DNA of 64,000 bases, from assembly GCA_930990975.1 (NCBI GenBank), contig CAKNRR010000002.1:204-64203 (forward strand), given 5' to 3'. A program made the position numbers and the translations under genes. This stretch comes from an uncultured Clostridia bacterium (GTDB lineage Bacteria > Bacillota > Clostridia > Christensenellales > UBA1242). Below the pieces are notes generated by a model, which worked only from the letters and a program-made list of their open reading frames with translations, was not told the DNA's origin and searched no databases. Below are positions 9,488 to 19,297 of the stretch, piece after piece (the stretch's first letter is position 1; each line of letters begins with the position of its first letter).

Positions 9488-9844
9488 ATGTATTATCTTT
9501 GGGTGTTTTTGATAGGTGGATTTGTTTGTATGCTAGGACAGGTGCTAATAATATATACAAATATAACATCAGCTAGAATATTGGTTACATTTGTTATAAT
9601 CGGTGTTTTGTTGCAGGCGTTTGGAATTTTTGATCCAATATCAGAATTTGCTAGGGCGGGAATAAATGTTCCAATAATAGGGTTTGGTGCATCTTTGGCT
9701 AAGGGTGCGATTTCAGGGGCTCAATCAAAGGGGCTTTTGGGAGCTTTTACTGGTGGGCTTGAAGCAACAGCGGGTGGTATTGCGGCTGCGATATTGTTTG
9801 CTTTCATATTTAGTTTGATTTTTAAATCTAAAACAAAAAGCTAA
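9488..9844 (+). CDS. spoVAE: Stage V sporulation protein AE (SpoVAEB-type)
   Basis: Small multi-TM protein: YLWVFLIGGFVCMLGQVLI, GINVPIIGFGASLAKGA. ATG 9488 sits 6 nt after AAGGAG. The track GTG at 9482 is also possible. Confidence 0.8.
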   Translation: MYYLWVFLIGGFVCMLGQVLIIYTNITSARILVTFVIIGVLLQAFGIFDPISEFARAGINVPIIGFGASLAKGAISGAQSKGLLGAFTGGLEATAGGIAAAILFAFIFSLIFKSKTKS

Positions 9845-9891
9845 TAAACACAATATAAGCTATTATGCTTATAAAACATAATACTAAATAA

Positions 9892-9926
9892 GCTATTATG
9901 CACTGCATAATAGTACTTTTATTTTT
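9892..9926 (+). terminator. AT-rich hairpin terminator after spoVAE (member of the TATTATGC palindrome family)
   Basis: CTATTATGC-act-GCATAATAG followed by tacTTTTATTTTTATTT. Confidence 0.55.
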
Positions 9927-10015
9927 ATTTGCAAAAATAAGTCAAAATTTGTCGATTATAGACATATATATATCTTGTGCAAGATTGTCAAGTTGTAAAA
10001 AAGAAAAAAAAGAAG

Positions 10016-10642
10016 ATGTCTAAGAAGGCAAAACGTAGATTATTTTTAGTAATTGTTTTAGCAATTATTATTTTGATTTGTGCCTATTATTTTAAAATTG
10101 TTTGTCCGATAGTCATCAGTTTAAGTGAAGAGAGAGTAAGATCAATTGCAACAAGTACTATAAGCAAGGTGGTTGGAGATGTTATGATGGATGAAAACTT
10201 AAAATATGAAGATTTGGTCCATATAACTTATCAAACAAACACAAATAAGGTAGAACTTATTGAAGTTGATACGGTTAAAGTTAATGTGATAATTAGAGAA
10301 ATCACGAAAAGAGTACAAGAGGATTTCAATACATTGGGAAAAGAGGGAATACAAATTTCCTTAGGAACATTTACTGGAATTCCTTTTTTGTTCGGCTTAG
10401 GCCCAGATATATCAATAAAATTGGTGCCAGTAGGCACAGTAAACACAGTAGTTGACTCTCAATTTAAGGAAGCAGGAATAAATCAAACTATTCATAAACT
10501 TTATTTCACGGTTTCATCAGTAATTGGAATGGTTCTTCCTGCAATGACGCAAAACTTTACAACAGAACTTGATGTTTTGTTATGTGAAAGTATTATTGTA
10601 GGCGAAATACCTGATGTATATTTAAAAGGAGGGCTTATTTAA
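10016..10642 (+). CDS. yunB: Sporulation protein YunB-like
   Basis: N-terminal TM, then LGTFTGIPFLFGLGPDISIKLVPVGTV and FKEAGINQTIHKLYFTV as in the YunB family. Start taken at ATG 10016 (MSKKAKRR). Confidence 0.65.
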   Translation: MSKKAKRRLFLVIVLAIIILICAYYFKIVCPIVISLSEERVRSIATSTISKVVGDVMMDENLKYEDLVHITYQTNTNKVELIEVDTVKVNVIIREITKRVQEDFNTLGKEGIQISLGTFTGIPFLFGLGPDISIKLVPVGTVNTVVDSQFKEAGINQTIHKLYFTVSSVIGMVLPAMTQNFTTELDVLLCESIIVGEIPDVYLKGGLI

Positions 10643-10890
10643 AGTGACCTTAGCGAATCTTTAATTTTTAATAAGATTTGGTTTAATTAGTTGATGCCTA
10701 GGGGTTACAATAAAACAATCTTTTCAATAATTTAAAAGATATATTATAATAAAAACATTTTATAAAAGTGATTATATAAAGTGAATAGTTATTTTTAAAT
10801 AATTAAAAACCAAATGTAAATAAAACACATAAAAGTATAAATTGGTTAAAATTTTAGTTTAATATATAATAAAAATGTTTAATTTAAATG

Positions 10891-10921
10891 GCTTACAGAT
10901 AAAATTGTAAGCTGTTTTTTA
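10891..10921 (+). terminator. Rho-independent terminator ~250 nt downstream of yunB (orphan or long 3-prime UTR)
   Basis: GCTTACA-gataaaat-TGTAAGC followed by TGTTTTTT. Confidence 0.6.
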
Positions 10922-11066
10922 TTGTTTCGTTTGATAATATTTTGTTATGAATACATATTTTATTAAAAAATATACATAATAATTAGTTATTTTTTAATAT
11001 TTAAAAGGAATTTTGAAAAGTTTGTAGTATAATAAGATTAAAAGGCATATTTAGAGGAGTAATAGA

Positions 11067-12866
11067 TTGCAAAATAAAGGATATCCTGCGGATTGGCTCT
11101 ATCAGTTGAAACAAAAAAATAATATTGTTTCTATTATAGGTAAATATGTTCATCTTGAAAGAAAAGGTGGTAGATATTGGGCTTGTTGTCCATTTCATAA
11201 TGAAAAGACACCATCTTTTTCTGTGAGCGAAGATGAAGGCTTTTTTTATTGCTTTGGGTGTAAAGAGAGTGGTGATGTTATCTCATTTATAATGAAATAT
11301 GAGTCATGCGACTTCCCTGAAGCGATAGAAATTTTGGCAAAAAATGCAAATATGGAAGTGCCTGAGTATACTGGAGATAAAGAAATTTTTGAGAAAAAGA
11401 AGGCAAAGGAAAGAGTTTTAAAACTGCTTGATTGTGCATATAAGCATTATCAGTCAAATCTATATTTGCCAGCAGCCAAAATAGCCCAAGATTATATTAA
11501 GTTTAGAGGTTTTACTCGAAGGGAGCTTGAAGATTTTAAACTAGGCTATTCAATTGACTGGACAGAGATGATTGAGTATTTGAAAAAGCAAGGCTTTACA
11601 TATAAAGAAATGCAAGATGCAGGAATCGCACAAATAAATAAAAGCAAAAGTTATTATGACCCTTTTGCTGGACGCTTGATTTTTCCAATATTTAATTCAC
11701 TTAATGAATGTGTTGGTTTTAGTGCAAGAATTTTAAATAAAGGGAAAGTTGATTTTGCAAAATATATAAACACTGCCGAAACAATTGTGTTCCATAAAGG
11801 AAGAGTTGTGTTTGGCATAAATCTTGTCAAAGCATTGAAACAGCAGGGAGGACTTAAACAGATTATAATTGTAGAAGGGCAAATAGATGTCATTGCAATG
11901 CATCGTGCTGGTTTCAAGTCAACAGTTGCATGTATGGGAACGGCGTTGACTGTTGAAAACGCAAAAGAGCTAAAGAAACTCTCTGACAATGTTGTTTTGT
12001 GCTTTGATGGTGATGGCGCTGGAGTAAGTGCAACTAAGAAAAGTATAGATATTTTAAAGAGTTTAGGCTTCAATATAAAAGTTGCATGTATGCCAAATTT
12101 GCCTGGCAAACATGACCCTGATGAAATATTAAAAACTGAAGGGAAAGAGGGCCTTGAAAAAATAATAAATGAGGCTTTGCCAGTGACTGACTTTTTGATT
12201 AACAATGAACTAAAAAATTATGATTTATCTAAGGCAGATGATAAAGGAAAATTTACTACCGTTGTTTTAGGATACATAAGCAAGCTTGAAAGCGAAAGTC
12301 AGGAAGAGCCATATCTAGAAAAAATAAGGGATTTAACATCAATTCCAATAGATATATTAAGGCGAGATTTGGACAGGCTTAAATATGGAAATGATACAAG
12401 TGTAAAAAAACAAGAGAAAGTTGATAAAGATGTTTTAATTACGCGAGAAAATGGGAATATTAGAGCTATAAAATTCATATTAAGTTCGCTTATATATGAC
12501 AAGGATTTTGTTGATAAAAGAATTGATTATAAACGCTTGCTTCCAAGATATAAAGAAGTGATTGAACGAGCAGAAAATAAAACGCCTATTTCTTCATATT
12601 TTGATTATTTTGATATAGAGCAAATGCCAATTTTGAAAGATTGTATAAATTTTGATTTTACAAAATTTCAAGACAGCAAACGATATTTTAATGAGTGTGT
12701 TTGGTCGATAGTGAGTCAGGCATTAATAAATATGCAAACTGAGCTTACTGAAAAATATAAAAATTGTGAGGAACAAACTGAAAGAGCAAAGATAATGCAA
12801 GAGTTAAGCAATGTTTCAAAAGCATTGAGGGAAAAGAAATTGGAGGAATTTTATGTTAGAAAATAA
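11067..12866 (+). CDS. dnaG: DNA primase
   Basis: CHC2 zinc finger [14 protein letters not shown]...[33 protein letters not shown]...CFDGDGAG. Confidence 0.9.
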   Translation: MQNKGYPADWLYQLKQKNNIVSIIGKYVHLERKGGRYWACCPFHNEKTPSFSVSEDEGFFYCFGCKESGDVISFIMKYESCDFPEAIEILAKNANMEVPEYTGDKEIFEKKKAKERVLKLLDCAYKHYQSNLYLPAAKIAQDYIKFRGFTRRELEDFKLGYSIDWTEMIEYLKKQGFTYKEMQDAGIAQINKSKSYYDPFAGRLIFPIFNSLNECVGFSARILNKGKVDFAKYINTAETIVFHKGRVVFGINLVKALKQQGGLKQIIIVEGQIDVIAMHRAGFKSTVACMGTALTVENAKELKKLSDNVVLCFDGDGAGVSATKKSIDILKSLGFNIKVACMPNLPGKHDPDEILKTEGKEGLEKIINEALPVTDFLINNELKNYDLSKADDKGKFTTVVLGYISKLESESQEEPYLEKIRDLTSIPIDILRRDLDRLKYGNDTSVKKQEKVDKDVLITRENGNIRAIKFILSSLIYDKDFVDKRIDYKRLLPRYKEVIERAENKTPISSYFDYFDIEQMPILKDCINFDFTKFQDSKRYFNECVWSIVSQALINMQTELTEKYKNCEEQTERAKIMQELSNVSKALREKKLEEFYVRK

Positions 12867-13917
12867 AGTTGATATAGAGATGAAGAGAATTTTTGATGTA
12901 GCAACCAAGAAAGGCTCAATCAATGAGGAAGATGTCTATTTTAGATTGCTAAAGTATGACTTATCAGCTCAAGAAATTCAAAAATTCATTAAAAAGCTTG
13001 AAGGGCATAAAATAAAAATATTAAAATCAGAAACAGAAGATGATGCTGATAGTGCACCAGAAATCAATGATTTTTCTGGCTTTGCATCAGTGGATGACCC
13101 TGTAAAGATGTATCTTAAAGATATTGGGAAAGTGCCACTTCTTTCTTCAGAAGAAGAGATAGAACTTGCAAAAAGAATTTTGGAAGGTGATGAAGAAGCA
13201 AAATCTAAACTTTGTCAATCAAACTTGCGTCTTGTTGTATCAATAGCAAAACGCTGGGCAAGCACAAACTCATTGTCTTTCTTAGATTTGATTCAAGAAG
13301 GGAATATGGGATTGTTAAGAGCAGTTGAAAAATTTGACTATACAAAAGGTTTTAGATTTTCAACATATGCAACATGGTGGATTAAACAAGCCATCACAAG
13401 AGCAATTGCCGACCAATCAAGAACAATAAGACTTCCTGTTCACATGGTTGAAACAATCAATAGATACGGCAGAGCTGTAAGACAATTGACTCAAAAATTG
13501 TCAAGAGAACCAACCGTAGAGGAGGTTGCTGAAGCTATGGGGATCAGTGAGAGCAAGGTTATTGAAATTCAAAAGAGTGCTCTTGACCCAGTTTCTCTTG
13601 AGACTCCAATTGGCGAAGAAGAAGACAGCAAGATGAGTGACTTCATAGAGGATGAATCAGCAAAAAGTCCTATGGAAGTTGCTTCACAAAAACTTTTACA
13701 CGAACAATTGCTTGCTGTTATTGATACATTGACACCAAGAGAACAACAGGTTATAAGAGAAAGATACGGCCTTATTGATGGCAAATCAAAAACACTTGAA
13801 GAAGTGGGCAAAGAATTTAGCGTTACAAGAGAGCGTATAAGACAGATTGAAGCAAAGGCTTTAAGAAAATTAAAGCACCCAAATCGTAGTAAGAAATTAA
13901 TAGATTTTATAAATTAG
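12853..13917 (+). CDS. rpoD: Primary RNA polymerase sigma factor (SigA/RpoD)
   Basis: [30 protein letters not shown] and [27 protein letters not shown]. Overlaps the dnaG stop, the classic dnaG-rpoD pair. Confidence 0.9.
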   Translation: MLENKVDIEMKRIFDVATKKGSINEEDVYFRLLKYDLSAQEIQKFIKKLEGHKIKILKSETEDDADSAPEINDFSGFASVDDPVKMYLKDIGKVPLLSSEEEIELAKRILEGDEEAKSKLCQSNLRLVVSIAKRWASTNSLSFLDLIQEGNMGLLRAVEKFDYTKGFRFSTYATWWIKQAITRAIADQSRTIRLPVHMVETINRYGRAVRQLTQKLSREPTVEEVAEAMGISESKVIEIQKSALDPVSLETPIGEEEDSKMSDFIEDESAKSPMEVASQKLLHEQLLAVIDTLTPREQQVIRERYGLIDGKSKTLEEVGKEFSVTRERIRQIEAKALRKLKHPNRSKKLIDFIN

Positions 13918-13961
13918 AAAAATTAGACTGAGATTAATCTCAATATCTAAAAGGAGAAAAA

Positions 13962-14660
13962 ATGGATTTAAGCAAAATAATAGAATATCAAACTCTTGAC
14001 AGCAAATTGTTTAAGATAGAGAGAGAATTAAAGAACAATGAAAATAAGAAAATAGCCAATCAAATGCATCAAAACATGAAAGATGCACAGACAAAAACAT
14101 TGAAGCTTGAGGAAAGAGCAGGAGCGCTTTTGACAGAGATTGAAAAAGTGAAAAAACAGTTCCAAATTCAACAAGAAAAAATGAATGAATTTGTTGCAAG
14201 AGATTTGTCAAAGATGTCTAAAGAGGAAGTTGATAAATTGGCTGTATTAAAAGACAAACTAAGCCAAAATTTAGTAATTCTTGACAAAAATTTAAGCTCT
14301 CTTGCTGAAACTGTAAACGCAGTTTTGACAGAATTTAATAAGACAATCAAACTAGCCAACAATTGCAAAGAACAATATTTGAAATGCAAACAAGCTTACG
14401 AAAATGATGTGAAAGCAGTCGAAAAAGACAAGAATGATATTATAAAAGAGTTGCAAAAGCTTGAAAAGGGAATTGATGGCAAAATTATGGAAGAGTACAA
14501 AAAAAGAAGAAATGAAAATATCTTCCCTGTGCTTGTTAAATTGAATGGAAATTCTTGTGGAGGTTGTCATATTGAATTGCCATACGCCAATATTTCTTCG
14601 TTGGATGCCAATGGTATTCTTTCTTGCGAACATTGCCACAGACTTATTTATAAAGGTTAA
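13962..14660 (+). CDS. Coiled-coil protein with C-terminal C4 zinc ribbon (COG1579-like)
   Basis: Long K/E-rich coiled coil, then CGGCHIEL...CEHCHRLIY. Confidence 0.6.
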   Translation: MDLSKIIEYQTLDSKLFKIERELKNNENKKIANQMHQNMKDAQTKTLKLEERAGALLTEIEKVKKQFQIQQEKMNEFVARDLSKMSKEEVDKLAVLKDKLSQNLVILDKNLSSLAETVNAVLTEFNKTIKLANNCKEQYLKCKQAYENDVKAVEKDKNDIIKELQKLEKGIDGKIMEEYKKRRNENIFPVLVKLNGNSCGGCHIELPYANISSLDANGILSCEHCHRLIYKG

Positions 14661-14675
14661 AAGTAAAATTAAGAA

Positions 14676-14707
14676 GGTTGCTTAAAGTGATAAGGCAACT
14701 TTTTTTA
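14676..14707 (+). terminator. Rho-independent terminator
   Basis: GGTTGCTTA-aagtga-TAAGGCAAC followed by a T run. Confidence 0.7.
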
Positions 14708-14748
14708 TTTATCCAAAAATTAAAAATTTTTAAAATCAATAAAATCAT

Positions 14749-14777
14749 TTGCTATATTTAAAATTTTTAAATATAAT
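14749..14777 (+). promoter_or_regulatory. Sigma-A-like promoter upstream of recJ
   Basis: TTGCTA, 17 nt, TATAAT. Confidence 0.5.
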
Positions 14778-14802
14778 AATATCATAAGAAGATAGGCGGA
14801 TT

Positions 14803-17187
14803 ATGATATTTAAAAAATTTTTCAATAAAGACGCCGATAAGCAAGAATATTTTTCTAAACAATTTAATTTATCACCAAGAATTATTGACCTATTGTTGTC
14901 AAGAGGAGTTAATACAAGTGAAGATATAGAAGAATTTTTAAATCCAAAAAAACTTTATTCTCCTTTTTTGTTGACAGGAATGAAACAACTGATTGATAGG
15001 GTAAAACTAGCAAAAGAACTGAAAGATAAAGTGCTTATTTTTGGCGACTATGATGTTGATGGTGTAAGTGCCACCTCAATAATGATAAAAGCACTAAAAC
15101 AATTTGGAATAAAAGCAGATTTTTATTTGCCAAATCGCTATATAGATGGATATGGACTTACGAATGCAGTTATTGATAAGATAGCTGACCTTTATGCACC
15201 TAATTTAATAATAACAGTGGATTGCGGCATATCTTGTTATCAAGAGGTGGAGTATGCGAAAAATAAAGGGATTGAAATTATAGTTACAGACCATCATGAA
15301 ATACCTGAAATCATACCAGATACAGTGGTTGTCAATGCAAAACTCCCAAATCAAGAATATCCATTTAGAGAACTATGTGGAACTGGTGTTGCATTCAAAT
15401 TTGCGCAAGCCCTGCTTGGAGAAAAGGAAGCAGAGCAGTTTCTTCCAATAGCTGCAATAGCGACAATAGTTGATATTGTTCCACTCGTGGATGAAAATAG
15501 AACAATTGTTGTAAGGGGCTTGAAACTCTGTGAAAGATATTTGCCAATAGGTTTGAAGATGATGTTTAAAGAATACGACATTCCTATAAGCAAACCAAAT
15601 GCAACTGATATATCGTTTAAGATAGGTCCAAAACTTAACGCATCGGGAAGAATGGGGGATGCAACTGATTCATTGAAAGTGTATTTTGAAACCGACCCAG
15701 TAAAGATAAAGGCGTGCCTTGAAAAGATAAAACAGCACAATACGAAAAGACAAGAACTTTGCAATAAAATTTATGAAGATTGTGAAAAAGCTTTAGCAAA
15801 AGTTGATATGACAAAACAGCGAGTGATAACACTTGCTTCTAAGGCATGGGATAAAGGCGTTTTGGGTATTGTTTGCTCAAGACTTGTTGAAAAATACCAC
15901 AAGCCAGTGTTTTTATTTGCTCAAGATGGAGATATTTTGAGTGGCTCTGGTAGAAGCATTGATGATATAAATATTCATGAACTTTTGTCATCGTTGAAAG
16001 ATATTTTAGAAACTTTTGGCGGACATTCAATGGCGGCTGGACTTTCTTTAAAAAGAAGCAATTATGAAACATTTACACAAAAAATAAACTCATTTGCTTT
16101 GAATTCAATAAATGATGAGGTTTTTATTCCAATAAAATACTATGACCAAGATATAACAGAGGAAGAAATAACACCAGAGTTTGTCAAAGAGCTCTCGCTT
16201 TTAGAACCATTTGGATGCAATAATCCTCGTCCAAAATTTAGAATTACATCTCAAGATGTTGAAGTTCTTCCAATGAGAAAATTTCCTCAACATGCGAATA
16301 TAAAGATAGGAAAACTTAATCTTACTTATTTCAACTTTCTTGACAATGTGGTTAAAATTGCTTTCTCAAGAAAGAAATCTTTTATATTCGAATTTCAACC
16401 TAATTCAACAAAAGGTACAATAAGTGAGTTTGATGGTGGCAGTTTTATAATTGAAGAAGCATATAAAAAATTAAACTCAATAGAACTTAATGAACTTGTC
16501 ATTGATGGAAAAGGCGACGCAAAATTTAAGTATTATCCAAAAGAGGAGTTATTATCTTTTGTAGGAGGAACAACCACAACAGTTTTTGGAACATGCTTTG
16601 TGACATATTCATGCCATGATTATGTTGAATTTAATAAAAATTACAACACTCAAGGAATATATAAGTTTGGAATATATGAGGATAAGGAGATTGGTTACAA
16701 CAGTATTTTATTATCTCCAAAAGGAATTGGATGGGCAAAGAATTTTACAAAGATAGTCTTTTTATCTCCAGTCTTGGATTTAAAATATATTTCAGCATTA
16801 AACAAAGTGACAAATGCGGACATCTATTTGCCAGTTGAAAATATGGGAGATCCAAGAAAATTTGCAGGAATTGACTTGTCAAGAAACACTTTTGCAAAAG
16901 TCTATAAAGCACTTGTCGGAAAGAGTGGAAAGCAGATTTATAATGTTTTTGAGTTGTATGACAAATGTGATATAGCAAGTCAAATATCATTTTCAACTTT
17001 TTATTCTGCAATGTTGGTGTTTAATCAACTTGGTCTAATAGAAATTGAAGATGCTGATCAAATTATCATAAAAGTCAACAAAACAAAAAAGAAAGATTTG
17101 ACGGAGTCTAGCATATATAATAAATTGATGTTATTGAAAAATACATTTAAAGGAGAAAATGAAAATGGGAGAAATAGAGCAGGCTAG
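14803..17187 (+). CDS. recJ: Single-stranded-DNA-specific exonuclease RecJ (long form)
   Basis: DHH motifs LIFGDYDVDGVSA, TVDCG, IVTDHH. DHHA1 motif GGHSMAAG. Confidence 0.85.
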   Translation: MIFKKFFNKDADKQEYFSKQFNLSPRIIDLLLSRGVNTSEDIEEFLNPKKLYSPFLLTGMKQLIDRVKLAKELKDKVLIFGDYDVDGVSATSIMIKALKQFGIKADFYLPNRYIDGYGLTNAVIDKIADLYAPNLIITVDCGISCYQEVEYAKNKGIEIIVTDHHEIPEIIPDTVVVNAKLPNQEYPFRELCGTGVAFKFAQALLGEKEAEQFLPIAAIATIVDIVPLVDENRTIVVRGLKLCERYLPIGLKMMFKEYDIPISKPNATDISFKIGPKLNASGRMGDATDSLKVYFETDPVKIKACLEKIKQHNTKRQELCNKIYEDCEKALAKVDMTKQRVITLASKAWDKGVLGIVCSRLVEKYHKPVFLFAQDGDILSGSGRSIDDINIHELLSSLKDILETFGGHSMAAGLSLKRSNYETFTQKINSFALNSINDEVFIPIKYYDQDITEEEITPEFVKELSLLEPFGCNNPRPKFRITSQDVEVLPMRKFPQHANIKIGKLNLTYFNFLDNVVKIAFSRKKSFIFEFQPNSTKGTISEFDGGSFIIEEAYKKLNSIELNELVIDGKGDAKFKYYPKEELLSFVGGTTTTVFGTCFVTYSCHDYVEFNKNYNTQGIYKFGIYEDKEIGYNSILLSPKGIGWAKNFTKIVFLSPVLDLKYISALNKVTNADIYLPVENMGDPRKFAGIDLSRNTFAKVYKALVGKSGKQIYNVFELYDKCDIASQISFSTFYSAMLVFNQLGLIEIEDADQIIIKVNKTKKKDLTESSIYNKLMLLKNTFKGENENGRNRAG

Positions 17188-19297
17188 CAAGGATGAAAAA
17201 ATCATTGAAACTATAAAAAACAAAATAAAAGAAAATTATACATTAACAGAGAAAGAAGATGAAATAATAGCTTATGTATTGGGTTTCAAACTTAATTATG
17301 ATAGACTTAATGTTATAATAGATTTTATAATTTCAGTAAAGTTGGATAAAGAATCTGTGATAGCTTTTTTGGCTTATCAACTTTATAAAATCTATCCAAC
17401 AGAAGGCGATGAACTTTATAAAAAGCTTAATGATGAAGAGAAAAAAATGGTCGATGATTTTAATACCATTAAGGATATAAATAAACTTACATTAAGTGAA
17501 GAGATTGACGATGTTAAGCGAATGTTTATAGTAATGAGCAATGATATGCGAGTTGTTATTATAAAGCTTGCAGGCATTTATTATGATATTTCAGTTATGC
17601 AACTTCCATTAGATACTGACCAATGGAGATTTTTGCGACAAGTTCGCGATATACATGTGCCTTTAGCAGAAAGATTGGGGCTTGATAAATTAAAGCAGAA
17701 TCTGTATGATAATGTAATAAGACTTGAGCATCCAAGTGAATATAAAAGACTAAAAATAGCTATTGAAAATAAAAGAGAAGAAAACGAACAACAATTAGAG
17801 TTGACTAAGAGCAAACTTCAGAAGATTTTGGATGACTTAAAAATAAATGGAGAGATAGTCAGCAGGATAAAACACATTTCATCAATATTTAATAAATTGC
17901 ACAATAAAAGCCTTACACTAGATAAGATTTATGACATCCTTGCTATGCGTGTTATAGTAGACACTGTTGAGGAATGTTATGCTGTTCTTGGAAGGATTCA
18001 TGCTATCTACAAGCCTATGACTGGCCGTGTAAAAGATTATATAGCTAATCCAAAACCAAATGGTTATAAATCGCTTCACACCACAATAATTGTTGAAAAT
18101 CAACATCCATTAGAAGTTCAAATAAGAACAAAAGAGATGCATAGAGAATCTGAGTTTGGTGGAGTATGTGCACACTGGCTATATAAAGAGAAAAAAGATA
18201 AAAAGAATGATTTTGACAATAGATTGACATGGTTTAGAGAAACTATTGAAAATGCTAAAAATATGTCAAATGAGGAGTTTATAGAAACCCTTAAAAGTGA
18301 TTTGTATGATGGCGTTATTATTGTTCAAACTCCAAAAGGACGAGTAATTGAATTTCCAGAAGGAGCAACAGTAATAGACTTCGCGTATTCAATTCATACG
18401 GAAATAGGTAATAGCTGTGTTGGCGCTAAAATAAATGGGAAATTGAAACCAATAACAACAAAACTGTGCAATGGAGATATAGTTGAAATATTGACATCAA
18501 CTCACTCAAAAGGGCCATCTCGAGATTGGCTTAAATATGTGAAAACAAGCGGCGCAAGAAGCAAAATAAAATCTTTCTTCAAAAACGAACTTAAGGATGA
18601 AAATATAAGACTTGGAAAAAGCATGTTTAATCAAGCTGTGCAGGATAAAGGCTTCAATAATAATCAGCTTTTGACAGATAAGTATTTGACAGATATTTTA
18701 AGACGCTATAATATGGAGGATATAGATGAGCTTTATGCCTCTATAGGTTCAGGCTCTCTTTCTGCAGCAAATGTTATTGCAAGATTCATAACACTTTATA
18801 ACAACGATAATGTTCAATTGCCTAAAATTGAAAATGTTGTTCATTTAAAGAGAAACAAAGATGGTGTACTTGTTGATGGCGATAGTGGTATGCTTGTCAG
18901 GTTTGCTGGCTGTTGCAGCCCAATTGAAGGCGATGACATCATTGGATATATTTCAAGAGGAAGAGGTGTTACAATTCATAGAAAGAATTGCTCAAATATT
19001 CAATACCTTGAGCCAGAACGATTGATTGAAGCACAATGGCAAGTTAAAGAAGATGCGACATTCGGTGCTACAATAAAAGTTATAGCGGTTAAATCAGATA
19101 ATAATATTGGAAAGATTACAAATCTTATAACTGGATTAAAAATCAATATAAAGGGATTTGAAGCCAAGGATGTCGGTGATTCGTTTATATGTTCATTACG
19201 AATAGAGGTAAAGAATAAAGCCGAACTTGATAGTGCAATAACAGCAATACGCAATCTAAAGAATGTCACGAGTGTATTTAGGAGTGAAAAATGGTAA
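17159..19297 (+). CDS. relA: Long RelA/SpoT homologue: intact (p)ppGpp synthetase, TGS and ACT domains, degenerate HD hydrolase domain
   Basis: Synthetase motifs GRVKDYIANPKPNGYKSLHTTI and EVQIRTKEMHRESEFGGVCAHWLYKE. TGS motif VQTPKGRVIEFPEGATVIDFAYSIH. The N-domain aligns to the HD domain but carries AFLAYQLYK and KLAGIYYDISV where HD/ED and DRLHN are expected. Confidence 0.85.
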   Translation: MKMGEIEQASKDEKIIETIKNKIKENYTLTEKEDEIIAYVLGFKLNYDRLNVIIDFIISVKLDKESVIAFLAYQLYKIYPTEGDELYKKLNDEEKKMVDDFNTIKDINKLTLSEEIDDVKRMFIVMSNDMRVVIIKLAGIYYDISVMQLPLDTDQWRFLRQVRDIHVPLAERLGLDKLKQNLYDNVIRLEHPSEYKRLKIAIENKREENEQQLELTKSKLQKILDDLKINGEIVSRIKHISSIFNKLHNKSLTLDKIYDILAMRVIVDTVEECYAVLGRIHAIYKPMTGRVKDYIANPKPNGYKSLHTTIIVENQHPLEVQIRTKEMHRESEFGGVCAHWLYKEKKDKKNDFDNRLTWFRETIENAKNMSNEEFIETLKSDLYDGVIIVQTPKGRVIEFPEGATVIDFAYSIHTEIGNSCVGAKINGKLKPITTKLCNGDIVEILTSTHSKGPSRDWLKYVKTSGARSKIKSFFKNELKDENIRLGKSMFNQAVQDKGFNNNQLLTDKYLTDILRRYNMEDIDELYASIGSGSLSAANVIARFITLYNNDNVQLPKIENVVHLKRNKDGVLVDGDSGMLVRFAGCCSPIEGDDIIGYISRGRGVTIHRKNCSNIQYLEPERLIEAQWQVKEDATFGATIKVIAVKSDNNIGKITNLITGLKINIKGFEAKDVGDSFICSLRIEVKNKAELDSAITAIRNLKNVTSVFRSEKW

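Noticed and set aside
11654-12205. 183-aa ORF antisense to dnaG. Similar long antisense ORFs lie at 15351..15764 (recJ), 22673..23173 (pnp), 40032..40436, 42143..42469 (pheS), 44117..44431 (pheT), 48313..48657 (argR) and 50779..51171 (spoIVB).
   Set aside because: - All lie fully inside well-supported sense genes.
- They have Ser/Leu/Phe/Ile-rich shadow-frame composition and no RBS.
- They are explained by sense-strand codon bias: few TTA/CTA/TCA codons in frame, consistent with heavy CTT/TTG use.
14715-14775. AT-only palindromes TTAAAAATTTTTAA and ATTTAAAATTTTTAAAT upstream of recJ as regulatory sites.
   Set aside because: They are pure A/T low complexity of a kind expected in this genome. 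The second overlaps the spacer of the recJ promoter and needs no further explanation.
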